From a bacterium (GTDB lineage Bacteria; Patescibacteriota; Patescibacteriia; Patescibacteriales; VMTK01), in contig JAUYAT010000034.1 of the NCBI GenBank assembly GCA_030693295.1, positions 1 through 54,276 of the forward strand: 54,276 nucleotides of DNA, given 5' to 3'. A program made the translations under genes and the position numbers. Positions 18,564 to 28,608 of this stretch are shown piece after piece (position 1 is the first letter of the stretch; each line of letters begins with the position of its first letter). The notes under the pieces were generated by a model that had not been told where the DNA came from, did not search any database, and was given only the letters and a program-made list of their open reading frames with translations.

Positions 18564-20018
18564 ATGCTTAATCTAAAAACCAACCAATCCGGAGCAATGT
18601 TTGTAACCGCCTTAATGGTTACTGCTATTTTCCTGGCCTCGGCAATAGGATTGGTAAGTTTGGGATTATACCGCTATAAGCTTTATCTGCAAGAAACGGC
18701 AAAACAGCAAGTATTGCACATCGCGGAAGCGGGAATCAATTACTACCGCTGGCATTTGGCGCATGCGCCAAATGATTTTTATGACGGCACAGGCGGCGAT
18801 CCCGGAGATCCGGGCGAACCCTACGGGCCGTACGAACATAATTACACCGCGCCTTCAAGCGACTTAACTGGCGCATTTAGTTTGGAAATCACTCCTCCGG
18901 TAGGCAGTTCAACCATTGTAAGAATAAAATCCACCGGCTGGACTGACAACTACCCCAATATCAAAAGAACGGTTGAAGCAAGATATGGCATACCATCTTC
19001 GGCCCATTATTCATTTTTAACCAATGCTAACGCCTGGTTTAAGGAGAACGCGAGCATAAGCGGAGAAGCGCATGCAAATGGGGGCATTAGGATGGACGGC
19101 TTAAATAATTCCTTGGTCACATCATTAAAAGAAACTTATGAATGCGGATACAGCAATGGCTGCTGCACTTGCGTTCCTGTTACTGATTGTTGGAAACCAA
19201 GCCGTTGTCCCGGTGATGCCTGTTGCAGCCAGACAAAGCCCGGAATTTGGGGCGCCGGCGCCGGTTCAGCTTTGTGGAATTACCCCGTGCCGATAGTTGA
19301 CTTTAATACTATTACTATGGATATATCGCAGTTTCAAGCCAGTGCCCTGGCTTTTGGCCCATCTGGCGGAAGCAACAAGGGTTATCATATAATCTTCCAG
19401 CCGAACGGCACTTTTGATGTTTATAAAGTCAACACTTTAAAAGCAACGCTTTCACAGTTTAATGATGACTGGACGGCGTTTGTGAAGATAGCGGAGGAAA
19501 TAAATACGCAAACATTATTAAGCAATTATCCGATACCGGCAAACGGACAGATATTTTTTGAAGATGATATATGGGTGGAAGGCACGGTTAAAGGCAGGGC
19601 GACAATAGTGGCGGCCGTATTGCCTGACAATGTTAATAAAAGAAAAACTATTTATATTAACAATAACATTAATTACTTGGCGCGCGACGGCAACCATATT
19701 TTAGGGCTTATCGCGCAAAAACATATCAAAGTTCCCCGCCATGCTCCAACCGATTTAAATATTGATGCCATTATTTTGGCGCAAAACGGCCATGTTTACA
19801 GAAGCAAATATGATACGCCGAGAGTAACAAACAGTATTACCGTATACGGAGGAATATTAAGTTATCAAGAGTGGAGCTGGAAATGGGTCTCGGGAATAAC
19901 TGTTACGGACGGCTATACAAACACCGCCTCCATTTATGATCCGCAAGCCACCTACGCTCCCCCGCCGTCATTTCCCACAACCGGAGAATATGTTTTTATT
20001 TCATGGGAAGAGAAGTAA
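18564..20018 (+). CDS. PilX-like minor pilin
   Basis: QSGAMFVTAL hydrophobic N-terminus and AEAGI motif; Cys-rich insert. Confidence 0.7.
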   Translation: MLNLKTNQSGAMFVTALMVTAIFLASAIGLVSLGLYRYKLYLQETAKQQVLHIAEAGINYYRWHLAHAPNDFYDGTGGDPGDPGEPYGPYEHNYTAPSSDLTGAFSLEITPPVGSSTIVRIKSTGWTDNYPNIKRTVEARYGIPSSAHYSFLTNANAWFKENASISGEAHANGGIRMDGLNNSLVTSLKETYECGYSNGCCTCVPVTDCWKPSRCPGDACCSQTKPGIWGAGAGSALWNYPVPIVDFNTITMDISQFQASALAFGPSGGSNKGYHIIFQPNGTFDVYKVNTLKATLSQFNDDWTAFVKIAEEINTQTLLSNYPIPANGQIFFEDDIWVEGTVKGRATIVAAVLPDNVNKRKTIYINNNINYLARDGNHILGLIAQKHIKVPRHAPTDLNIDAIILAQNGHVYRSKYDTPRVTNSITVYGGILSYQEWSWKWVSGITVTDGYTNTASIYDPQATYAPPPSFPTTGEYVFISWEEK

Positions 20019-20061
20019 TTTTGTGATATAATATTAATATCCTAAAAATCTTAACAATCCT

Positions 20062-21219
20062 ATGTTTTTCAATAACAACTCCACCTATCCCGTCGGCCTT
20101 GATATCTCTGATTTGTCATTAAAATTAGTCCAGCTCAACAAGCAAGGCGATAAAATAAAAATTCAAGCCATCGGCAAGACTGATCTTCCGAGCGGCTTGA
20201 TTGAGGATGGCGAAATTAAAAATAAAGACAAGGTTATTAATGAAATAAACAAATTAATAAGCAATCCGGGGTACGGCAAAGTTACTTCAAACGAAATAAT
20301 CGCCTGCCTGCCGGAAACAAAAACTTTTATCAAACTGATTGAAATCGCCAAAACGCCCAATCCGCTGTCTGAAATAATTGAAGGCGAAATAGAAAAACAT
20401 GTGCCGATGGCTATTGAGGAAATTTATTATGACTGGCAAATAATTGAAAATAAATTGGATAAACAACGGGTTTTAATCGGAGCGGCGCCTCTGGATATTG
20501 TCAACCAATATATTAATTTGCTTGACCGGGCTAAATTATCCACCACCGCTTTGGAAATTGAGCCTATTTCGCTCTGCCGCGCTTTGCTGGCTGAAGAAAA
20601 GCCAAAATTCAAGGGGCAGCCTAATAATAATTACGGCATTATTGATATCGGGGCCAAGCGCACCAGTATGACAATTTATTCAAAAAATACTATTTTATTT
20701 ACGCTTAGCATGCCGATATCCGGAGAAAAAATAACAAAAAACATCGCGGAAACTTTAAAAATTGAACTTAAGCAAGCCGAAAAAGCTAAAATAATCTGCG
20801 GCCTGGATAAAGGCAAGGCGCAGGGCATCATTAAAAATATTCTTTCCGGCATGATTGAAGAATTAATCAAAAAAATCAACGAGGCGATTGAATTTTACCA
20901 AAATCATTACCCGGGCAACGGGCCGCTCAATAAAATTTTGCTTTGCGGCGGCGGAGCGAATATTAAAAATTTAAGCGAAATCATCGGCCAAGCCACCGCG
21001 GTTGAAGTTAAAAAAGGCAATGCCTTAATCAATTTAGCCGAGCTGAGCGAAAATTTTTCTAAAATTCTAACGGAAACGCACAAACTTAAAGCTGATTTTA
21101 TTAAAGATAAAAATAACGGCGGAGGGGAAAAAATAATTTCCGTCGCCCAGGACACCAGCTTAACCTACGCCACGGCAATCGGCCTGGCCTTGCGGGGAAT
21201 TTTTATTGATGAAATCTAG
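20062..21219 (+). CDS. pilM: type IV pilus assembly protein PilM
   Basis: GLDISD, IDIGA, LCGGGA and AIGLALR actin-fold motifs in pilus context. Confidence 0.9.
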   Translation: MFFNNNSTYPVGLDISDLSLKLVQLNKQGDKIKIQAIGKTDLPSGLIEDGEIKNKDKVINEINKLISNPGYGKVTSNEIIACLPETKTFIKLIEIAKTPNPLSEIIEGEIEKHVPMAIEEIYYDWQIIENKLDKQRVLIGAAPLDIVNQYINLLDRAKLSTTALEIEPISLCRALLAEEKPKFKGQPNNNYGIIDIGAKRTSMTIYSKNTILFTLSMPISGEKITKNIAETLKIELKQAEKAKIICGLDKGKAQGIIKNILSGMIEELIKKINEAIEFYQNHYPGNGPLNKILLCGGGANIKNLSEIIGQATAVEVKKGNALINLAELSENFSKILTETHKLKADFIKDKNNGGGEKIISVAQDTSLTYATAIGLALRGIFIDEI

Positions 21220-21276
21220 TTAACGCTGATATTACGCGGATTTTAACGCTGATATTACGCTGAAAACCAATATTAT

Positions 21277-21810
21277 ATGCTTGCCTTAAATCTAATTTCA
21301 CAAGAACAAAAAAAAGAAATAAAGCTGAAACGCGCTTATGAAATAACAAAAAAAGTAAGCTGTATTCTGATAATAATCGCTATCTTTATCGCTGTTGTCC
21401 TTTTAATCGGCAAATTAATTTTGCAGATGCAATTTATTAAAGCCGTAGATCAATACACTTTGGTTGCTAAAAGCAGCCAGGGCGATAACGGGAAAATCAG
21501 AGATATTAACAACAGCCTTAATTTCGTTTCTGAAATACAAAGCGATTTTATTTTTTGGTCAAATTTAATTAAGGACGCGGCTTACAGAGTTCCCGATGGC
21601 GTATCTCTTTCTTCCATAAATATTGACCGAGACAAAAAAACAATTCAACTTAAAGGTACGGCAAAACTAAGAGACGATTTATTGCAATTCAAGAAAAATA
21701 TTGAAAAATCGTTGATTTATCAAAACGTGGATCTCCCCCTGCAGAACATATTGCAAAAGGAAAATATCAATTTTGAAATTAAAGCCGGGCTGAATTTAAG
21801 CGAATTATAA
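21277..21810 (+). CDS. pilN: PilN-like protein
   Basis: LNLI N-terminal motif, single TM, follows pilM. Confidence 0.75.
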   Translation: MLALNLISQEQKKEIKLKRAYEITKKVSCILIIIAIFIAVVLLIGKLILQMQFIKAVDQYTLVAKSSQGDNGKIRDINNSLNFVSEIQSDFIFWSNLIKDAAYRVPDGVSLSSINIDRDKKTIQLKGTAKLRDDLLQFKKNIEKSLIYQNVDLPLQNILQKENINFEIKAGLNLSEL

Positions 21811-21814
21811 CACT

Positions 21815-22408
21815 ATGAATCTGGATAATTTAACAAAAATAAATATGAAGAAACGGATTTTTATTGTTCCGGCTGTATTTATTTTATTTATCGCCGGCTT
21901 AATTTACTTTATCATTTTACCGACGATGAAAGACATAGAAGAAACCGCCGCGCAAATTGAATCCCAAAGAACCGATTTGGACAAAAAATATTACAAAAGC
22001 AAGAGCGCCAAACAATCAACGAAAAGCTTAAAAGCGATAGAGGGGGATGTGGAGAAACTTGACCGGGTTTTTATCAACCAAAACCAAGAACTGGCATTTA
22101 TTACCGCTTTAGAGGAAACTGCCAATAAAAACAATATTAATCAAAATATAAATTTGGATTTATCTTCTGGCGCCAAAAATAACAAATACGACAAAATACC
22201 GTTAAAACTAACGACGCAAGGAAATTTTATAAACCAATTTAATTATCTGCGGGATCTGGAAGGATTGAATTATTATTTAAATATTAAATCGCTTGATCTA
22301 AGCGCGGGCGGCGGGGCAAGCGCGTATCCGCCATCGGATAAAATAATTGACTACGGCAGCGGAGCGAATATTAAAATGGTTATCCTCGCCGATACTTATT
22401 GGAAATAG
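21815..22408 (+). CDS. pilO: PilO-like protein
   Basis: TM plus coiled coil and GNF...YLRDLE; follows pilN. Confidence 0.7.
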   Translation: MNLDNLTKINMKKRIFIVPAVFILFIAGLIYFIILPTMKDIEETAAQIESQRTDLDKKYYKSKSAKQSTKSLKAIEGDVEKLDRVFINQNQELAFITALEETANKNNINQNINLDLSSGAKNNKYDKIPLKLTTQGNFINQFNYLRDLEGLNYYLNIKSLDLSAGGGASAYPPSDKIIDYGSGANIKMVILADTYWK

Positions 22409-22415
22409 AGATCTT

Positions 22416-22700
22416 ATGCCTATGTTTAAGAAAATTAAAATTACGCTTAAAAAAATTGTTTCTTGGTCTTATTTCGCGATAATATTGGCCTGTCTTTTTT
22501 TATTTTATAACATCTGCCAATTTTTTAATAAAAATATTTATCAAACCGTTATCCAGCCGGAGGATGTTTCAGCTTCGGAAATAACAACGGCAAATGAAAC
22601 TATTAAAATCAATATTAACAAATTTAATGATATTGTGGAAGAAATCAATAAAAAAACCGCGCCGCGCGAAGCAAACGGGCCCGATAATCCCTTTGATTAA
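22416..22700 (+). CDS. small single-TM protein ending in NPF (PilP-position gene)
   Basis: ORF after pilO with C-terminal DNPFD. Confidence 0.55.
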   Translation: MPMFKKIKITLKKIVSWSYFAIILACLFLFYNICQFFNKNIYQTVIQPEDVSASEITTANETIKININKFNDIVEEINKKTAPREANGPDNPFD

Positions 22701-23920
22701 AGCGGCGACATTCTGCGCAGTCTTTCCACGATCGGCGGTAAAATTTTTATCGCTTTTTTAATTTCCGCTTCCGTTGTATGCTTGCCTAAAGTAAATCTTA
22801 TGGAATTGTGAGCTATTTCCTTGGGTATGCCCATGGCCAGCAAGACATGGGATGCTTTAAGACTCCCCGAGGCGCAAGCCGAGCCAGTTGATACGGCGAT
22901 TCCCGCCAAATCCAGGGAAATTAAAATTGATTCGCCTTCCGCGCCTAAAAAAGAAAAGTGGGCATGCGCCGGCGTAGCGTTCTCCCTGTCGGTATTTAAA
23001 ATAACCTTGGGAATATTCTTCATCACCCCGTCCGCTAACATATCACGCAGTTTCGCGATTTTGGCATTATTTTTCTCCACGGTCTTTTTATCCAATTGTT
23101 TTACGGCCTCTCCCAGCCCGACTATGCCCGGCGCGTTTAAAGTGCCGCTGCGCAAATTTCTCTCGTGATGGCCGCCCAATTGCGTTGCTTTAATCGGCGT
23201 GCCTGATTTGACATACAGCGCTCCGACTCCTTTCGGCCCGTAAATCTTATGCCCTGACAATGACAGCAAATCAACATGCAAATGTTTGGTGTCGCAATTC
23301 AAAAAATTCACCGCCTGCGCGGCATCGGTATGAAAATAAATCGGCCGCGGCTTGCCTGCCCTGTCAGCCGGCTTGTTTTTCCCCCACTCTTTCAGCTTGC
23401 TTTCGTTAATCTTTTTGATTATCTTGCCGATTTCCTTGATCGGCTGGATGCTCCCCGCTTCGCTGTTAACATACATCACTGAAACTAAAACCGTATTATC
23501 TTTTACGGCTTTTTTAAATTGCGCGGCATCAACCACTCCATTCGGCTTAACGGGTAAAAAAGTAACCTCAATCCCCTCTTTTTCCAGCTCCAAGCACGGT
23601 TCCAAAACCGCGTCGTGCTCAACCAGCGATGTTATGATGTGGGGATTTTTAACCCCTTGCGCTCGCAGGGCCTTTATCACGCCTCTAATGGCCAAATTAT
23701 CGGATTCCGTGGCGCCCGATGTGAATATTATTTCATCCGGGCCGCAATTTAAAAATTCAGCCAGCCGCTCTCTGGCTTTGTCAACGCCGGCAAGCGCCTC
23801 CTGGCCAAAGCTATGGATTGAGGACGGGTTGCCGAATTTATTTTTAAAATACGGCAGCATGGCGGCTAAAACCTTTTTGTCCATGGGAGTGGTGGCGCTA
23901 TGATCTAAATATATTTTCAT
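22697..23920 (-). CDS. iscS: cysteine desulfurase
   Basis: YLDHSATTP, FTSGATESDN, SGHKIYGPKG and STGSAC motifs. Confidence 0.93.
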   Translation of the reverse strand: MKIYLDHSATTPMDKKVLAAMLPYFKNKFGNPSSIHSFGQEALAGVDKARERLAEFLNCGPDEIIFTSGATESDNLAIRGVIKALRAQGVKNPHIITSLVEHDAVLEPCLELEKEGIEVTFLPVKPNGVVDAAQFKKAVKDNTVLVSVMYVNSEAGSIQPIKEIGKIIKKINESKLKEWGKNKPADRAGKPRPIYFHTDAAQAVNFLNCDTKHLHVDLLSLSGHKIYGPKGVGALYVKSGTPIKATQLGGHHERNLRSGTLNAPGIVGLGEAVKQLDKKTVEKNNAKIAKLRDMLADGVMKNIPKVILNTDRENATPAHAHFSFLGAEGESILISLDLAGIAVSTGSACASGSLKASHVLLAMGIPKEIAHNSIRFTLGKHTTEAEIKKAIKILPPIVERLRRMSPL

Positions 23921-23927
23921 ATAATTT

Positions 23928-24320
23928 TTAATTTTTAATAATGTTTAAATTTTTAATCGCTTTACGCAAGGCCTCAACGGCCAGCATTGAACAATGAATT
24001 TTTACCGGAGGCAGGCCGCCCAAATCCTTCACTATTTTATCTTTGGTGATTTTTAAAGCTTCATCCAATGTTTTACCCTTTGCTCTGTCAGTTAGCGCGG
24101 ACGAAACCGCGATTGCCGCGGCGCAACCCAATGTTTCAAATTTAACATCTTTAATTATCCATCCGCCTTTTTTATCCTTGCCGCGCCTTATTTTTAAATA
24201 AATTTTTAAAATATCCCCGCAAACAGGATTGCCGGCCTGTCCTATAGCGTCCGCGTTCTTAATCACGCCCTGATTATGAGGGTTGCGGAAATGTTGGATA
24301 ACTTTCTTGGTATATTGCAT
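23928..24320 (-). CDS. iscU: Fe-S scaffold IscU/NifU
   Basis: GNPVCGD, GCAAAIA and KIHCS motifs; start taken at MQYTK. Confidence 0.92.
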   Translation of the reverse strand: MQYTKKVIQHFRNPHNQGVIKNADAIGQAGNPVCGDILKIYLKIRRGKDKKGGWIIKDVKFETLGCAAAIAVSSALTDRAKGKTLDEALKITKDKIVKDLGGLPPVKIHCSMLAVEALRKAIKNLNIIKN

Positions 24321-24326
24321 GTTATA

Positions 24327-24355
24327 ATAATACAATATGTAAATAATAAGGTCAA
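24327..24355 (-). promoter_or_regulatory. sigma70-type promoter for iscU-iscS
   Basis: TTGACC-17-TATTAT with TG extension. Confidence 0.55.
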
Positions 24356-24367
24356 GAAACGCCAACC

Positions 24368-24396
24368 TTGACATATCACTATCTCTTTGTTATATT
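24368..24396 (+). promoter_or_regulatory. sigma70-type promoter for rpmA
   Basis: TTGACA-17-TATATT with TG extension. Confidence 0.6.
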
Positions 24397-24504
24397 GAAA
24401 CAAGATGAATAACTTAAATAATTATTTCAAACCATGTTTCATGTTTCCCCGGCCGCGCGCCGCGCAGCGGGGCAGGCATGTTTCATGTTTTATGAACTAA
24501 ATAT

Positions 24505-24786
24505 ATGGCACATAAGAAAGCTGGCGGATCCACAACACTGGGCCGCGAATCAGAAAGCAAACGGCTGGGAATTAAATTACATGACGGCGAGTTCGCCAAA
24601 GCGGGCTGTATTTTGGTCCGCCAAAGAGGCACTAAATACCATGCCGGACTTAATGTTAAAAAAGGCGGCGATGATACATTATTCTCAACCATTGCCGGTT
24701 TTGTCAAATTCACCACTAAAAAACTGAGAAAATTCAATAATCAACTCAAAGATACGAAGATTGTAAACGTAGTTCCGCAAAAATAA
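24505..24786 (+). CDS. rpmA: 50S ribosomal protein L27
   Basis: MAHKKAGGS...GRES...ILVRQRGT...DDTLF. Confidence 0.97.
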   Translation: MAHKKAGGSTTLGRESESKRLGIKLHDGEFAKAGCILVRQRGTKYHAGLNVKKGGDDTLFSTIAGFVKFTTKKLRKFNNQLKDTKIVNVVPQK

Positions 24787-24799
24787 ACTTTGGCGCGCA

Positions 24800-24830
24800 A
24801 AAAACAATCCGCCATGGGCGGATTGTTTTT
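24800..24830. terminator. bidirectional intrinsic terminator between rpmA and pyrG
   Basis: aaaaacaatccgcc-atg-ggcggattgttttt. Confidence 0.8.
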
Positions 24831-24851
24831 GTATTTTATTTATATTTTATA

Positions 24852-26522
24852 TTATTTTTTTCTCTTCAACTTCAAGCAAACCCTAACGAACTCAACAAAC
24901 AAAGGGTGAGGGTTAAGGGGGCGGGAAATATATTCCGGATGGAACTGGGTGCCGATAAAGAAAGGATGCTTGGTAATCTCAACCGCCTCCACGATTTTCC
25001 CGTCAGGCGAAGTTCCCGCGATTGTTAAGCCGTTTTTTTCAAACCGCTCGCGGTAATCGTTATTGAATTCATATCTATGCCTGTGGCGTTCGGAAATAAT
25101 GTCTTGCGCACCAAATTTCTTTTTATAAGCTTTGGCCAAATGCGTGCCGGATATAATCCTGCACGGCCAGCCGCCCAAGCGGATGGTGCCGCCGTACTGC
25201 TTTTTGGCGATCAGCTCTTTTTGGCCAGGCATAATATGAATAACCGGATTAGGAGTTTTTGGATCTATTTCTTCTGAATTCGCCCGATTTAACTTGCAGA
25301 CATTACGGGCGAATTCAATCACCGCCATCTGCATGCCGTAGCATAAGCCGAAATACGGAATATTGTTTTCGCGGCAATATTTTATAGTTTTAATCTTGCC
25401 TTCCGAGCCGCGCGAGCCCCAGCCTTGCGGCACGATGATGCCGTCCATGCCTTTTAAACTTTTAACGCCATTTTTTTCAATCTCTTCGGCATTAACCCAT
25501 GTGAATCGCGGCTTGCATTTATTGGCCCAGCAACTATGTTTAACCGCTTCAATTACGCTGATATAAGAATCCGCCAAACAAAAATCGCCGGTAGCGAAAT
25601 ATTTGCCCACTATCCCGACATTAATTTCTTGTTTAACGCTATGAATCGTCTTTACCAGTTTACGCCACTCAACCAAATCTTTTTTTCTTGCTTTTAAATT
25701 AAATTTTTCCAGAATTCTATTTCCCAGATTATCCTTTTCAAAATTTACCGGCACGTCATATATTGAATCAATGTCAGGCGCGCTGATAACATCGTCTTCG
25801 TGTATATTGCAAAAAATCGCCAATTTTCTTCTACGAGGCCTGTCAATATTGGTGCGCGAACGGGCGACGATGAAATCGGGCTGTATTCCGGCCGAATTCA
25901 ATGTCCTTACCGCGTACTGGGTCGGCTTGGTTTTCATTTCTCCGACTTTGGCCGGAATGGGCATATATGAAACCATGATAAATAGAACATTTTTAGGGTC
26001 GGACAAATGCATCATTCGGGCCGCTTCCAAAAACAGCAAATTCTGGTACTCGCCGACCGTGCCGCCGATTTCAATTATCATTATTTCGGCTTTTGATTTT
26101 TGCGACGCTTTTTTAATCCGCGCGATAACTTCGTTAGGAATGTCAGGCACAACTTCAACGCATCTGCCGCCGTATTCCAAATTGCGCTCGCGCTGTATTA
26201 CGCTTTGATACACTCTGCCGGTTGTCATATAATTGTCCCGGCCGATATTTTTGTTTAAAAACCTCTCATAATTGCCGACATCCTGGTCGGTTTCGTCCCC
26301 GTCCTCGGTTACGAACACTTCGCCGTGCTCAACCGGATTCATGGTGCCGGCGTCAACATTGATATAGGGGTCAATTTTAATGGCGCTTACATTATACCCC
26401 TTGGACAGCAGTATCCTGCCGATGGAAGCGCAGGTAACACCCTTGCCCACCCCGGACATAACCCCGCCGACGACGAAAATGTATTTCGTTGACTTATTTT
26501 TTTTAACTTTTTTCATATTCAT
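24852..26522 (-). CDS. pyrG: CTP synthase
   Basis: GGVMSGVGKG, DPYINVDAGTM, GLCYGMQ, ERHRHRYE and QFHPE motifs. Confidence 0.97.
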   Translation of the reverse strand: MNMKKVKKNKSTKYIFVVGGVMSGVGKGVTCASIGRILLSKGYNVSAIKIDPYINVDAGTMNPVEHGEVFVTEDGDETDQDVGNYERFLNKNIGRDNYMTTGRVYQSVIQRERNLEYGGRCVEVVPDIPNEVIARIKKASQKSKAEIMIIEIGGTVGEYQNLLFLEAARMMHLSDPKNVLFIMVSYMPIPAKVGEMKTKPTQYAVRTLNSAGIQPDFIVARSRTNIDRPRRRKLAIFCNIHEDDVISAPDIDSIYDVPVNFEKDNLGNRILEKFNLKARKKDLVEWRKLVKTIHSVKQEINVGIVGKYFATGDFCLADSYISVIEAVKHSCWANKCKPRFTWVNAEEIEKNGVKSLKGMDGIIVPQGWGSRGSEGKIKTIKYCRENNIPYFGLCYGMQMAVIEFARNVCKLNRANSEEIDPKTPNPVIHIMPGQKELIAKKQYGGTIRLGGWPCRIISGTHLAKAYKKKFGAQDIISERHRHRYEFNNDYRERFEKNGLTIAGTSPDGKIVEAVEITKHPFFIGTQFHPEYISRPLNPHPLFVEFVRVCLKLKRKK

Positions 26523-26533
26523 TTTTAATAATA

Positions 26534-28600
26534 TTATGGCGCAATAATAAATTCATTCCCACGCTCATCGTATTCATAAATTTTCCTCCTCTGTTTTCCG
26601 GCCGCTTCCCTTTCTTCGCCTTCTATTTTTATCTCCATCCTGTTGTTTAAATTAATATCGGAAAATGTATATTCGGCATAATCAAAATCCTGATTGTTAA
26701 ATATTTCCGCAATCTCGCGATTTTTATATTGATAAACAAACAATGAATCACCGCCTTTGCCAAAGCTGACAAAAAAAGCAATCTCGGGTATTAAATCGCC
26801 TGTTAAATCCATAATAGCGATATGGCTTCCATGTCCGTAATTTATTCTTTTTTCTATCGCTTTGAATTTATTATCAACTTTATCAATAACAGACAAGGCG
26901 ACAAAATCTCTATTTAAAGGATTATATAAAGAAAAAATAATTTCATTTTCACCGTCATTGTCAATATCTATAAAGTTAAACGCGTCCGTGATGCCTAAAG
27001 AATTTACCGCAACTAAAAAATGCTTATTATCGCGCATATTCTCGACCAATGATTGATAATTTTCATAAAATATCGATTGCCTGACGCAATTGAGTTTTTC
27101 GCACTCCTTTAATGTATCCGCGAAATAACCATTATTGCTTCCGCCTTGTTTATAATTTTCCAAATCTTTTAAAAAAACTTCCTTCATAGCTCTATCCGCT
27201 GTTTTTAGCGAAAAAAAGTTGTCCGCTTGTTTTTTTTGCGAATAGCAATTAACATGCATTTTAGCGCCAACATACCATCCTATGATTCCTGCGACTAAAA
27301 TGACTGCAATTGCAATTAACGCACAAGTTGTGCTGAAACCGTTTTCATCTTTTTTCCATAAATTATTGCCATTAGCATCAATTCCTGTTTTATAAATTTT
27401 CCAAACATCATCAACATATTCATCAACGCCGGGTCCATACCCAAAAACAGCTTCCTTCCAGCCGCGCCAAGACCGCTGTTTATCATGAGTAATTTCCTGC
27501 GCCTTATGATACAGCCATCTGACGCCCCAATAAATACTGTCTCGCGGAGTTTTGACGCTTGCTTCTCCGCGATAATTCAATTGTTCCAATTTGCCGTTAA
27601 TCAACTCCCATTCCTCTAATTCTCCATTTAAAGTTTTTAAAGCCGGATCGCCTGGGTTGCCGACTTGCATCACATCAATCTCTCCTCCGGCAAAATAACC
27701 CGCCCTGCTTTCCTTATACACGATTGCTTTTACGAGATTGCAATCCAAGAACTCTTGAGGCGGGTATTCTTGCTCGGCAAAAACATTATTCCAATAATCA
27801 ACAACCTCTCTAATTTCTTTATCAAATCGATTATAGTCTTCTTTGCCGTTTATTCCCTTATAGATATATTGCTGAATAATAATCTTGTTGTTTGTATCTT
27901 CCGTTTTTCCTAAATTGATTTTCACCCAATGCAAAGTCGGTTGCCTATCCGCCCAAAACTCAACATAATGCGTACCTCTATCCAATTTAGGATAAAATCT
28001 TGCCTCTTCCGTGTTGCCGCATAATTGCCTGCCTTGCCAATACCAATTTTTGCCCCATTGCCCGGACCGCTTATTTTTTTGCGTTTGGCCATCTATAATT
28101 AACCCCGCATCATCGCTGTCTAAAAATCTTTTTTCGCATTTTACTGACGCATCAATAAGATTTAACGGCAAATCTATTAAAGCAAGAGTAATCCAAGGAC
28201 GGCGGTTGCCATCTTGAGCTTGCTCTGCCATTTTAAATTCAATATTTTTGATGTCTTGAATCAATGTTATCTCTGGTTCTTTTTCTATAATTGCGCCTCG
28301 GTATGGAACAAATTTTATGATATGATCGCCTTGTTCCAAATACGAAATAAAAATCACGGTTTTAGACAAGCCATTTAATTGCGCGCCATTCCAAGTTGAC
28401 GGAATATCTTTGTATTGCGGTTTATCTTTGGCCGGAATTTCCCGCAATTTTATTTCGTCAATTTCCGCGCGCAGATCTTCTCCGCCGAATAATCCTAATA
28501 TTGCGCCTGATCTGCAACTTGCTGAAATGGAAATAGAACAAAAACCGGATTGCTTGATGCTAAATTTGTAATCAAACGGCTTAGTTATTTTTTTATACAT
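26534..28600 (-). CDS. multidomain protein: lysozyme/SLT-like domain, TM helix and FG-GAP-like repeats
   Basis: LVKAIVYKES...DVMQV...SIYWGVRWL; TM at ~aa 425-445; DIDNDGENEI and DLTGDLIPEI repeats. Confidence 0.6.
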   Translation of the reverse strand: MYKKITKPFDYKFSIKQSGFCSISISASCRSGAILGLFGGEDLRAEIDEIKLREIPAKDKPQYKDIPSTWNGAQLNGLSKTVIFISYLEQGDHIIKFVPYRGAIIEKEPEITLIQDIKNIEFKMAEQAQDGNRRPWITLALIDLPLNLIDASVKCEKRFLDSDDAGLIIDGQTQKNKRSGQWGKNWYWQGRQLCGNTEEARFYPKLDRGTHYVEFWADRQPTLHWVKINLGKTEDTNNKIIIQQYIYKGINGKEDYNRFDKEIREVVDYWNNVFAEQEYPPQEFLDCNLVKAIVYKESRAGYFAGGEIDVMQVGNPGDPALKTLNGELEEWELINGKLEQLNYRGEASVKTPRDSIYWGVRWLYHKAQEITHDKQRSWRGWKEAVFGYGPGVDEYVDDVWKIYKTGIDANGNNLWKKDENGFSTTCALIAIAVILVAGIIGWYVGAKMHVNCYSQKKQADNFFSLKTADRAMKEVFLKDLENYKQGGSNNGYFADTLKECEKLNCVRQSIFYENYQSLVENMRDNKHFLVAVNSLGITDAFNFIDIDNDGENEIIFSLYNPLNRDFVALSVIDKVDNKFKAIEKRINYGHGSHIAIMDLTGDLIPEIAFFVSFGKGGDSLFVYQYKNREIAEIFNNQDFDYAEYTFSDINLNNRMEIKIEGEEREAAGKQRRKIYEYDERGNEFIIAP

Positions 28601-28608
28601 AAAAATTT

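Noticed and set aside
21220-21263. 23-bp tandem duplication between pilM and pilN
   Set aside because: Only two units and no evidence of function
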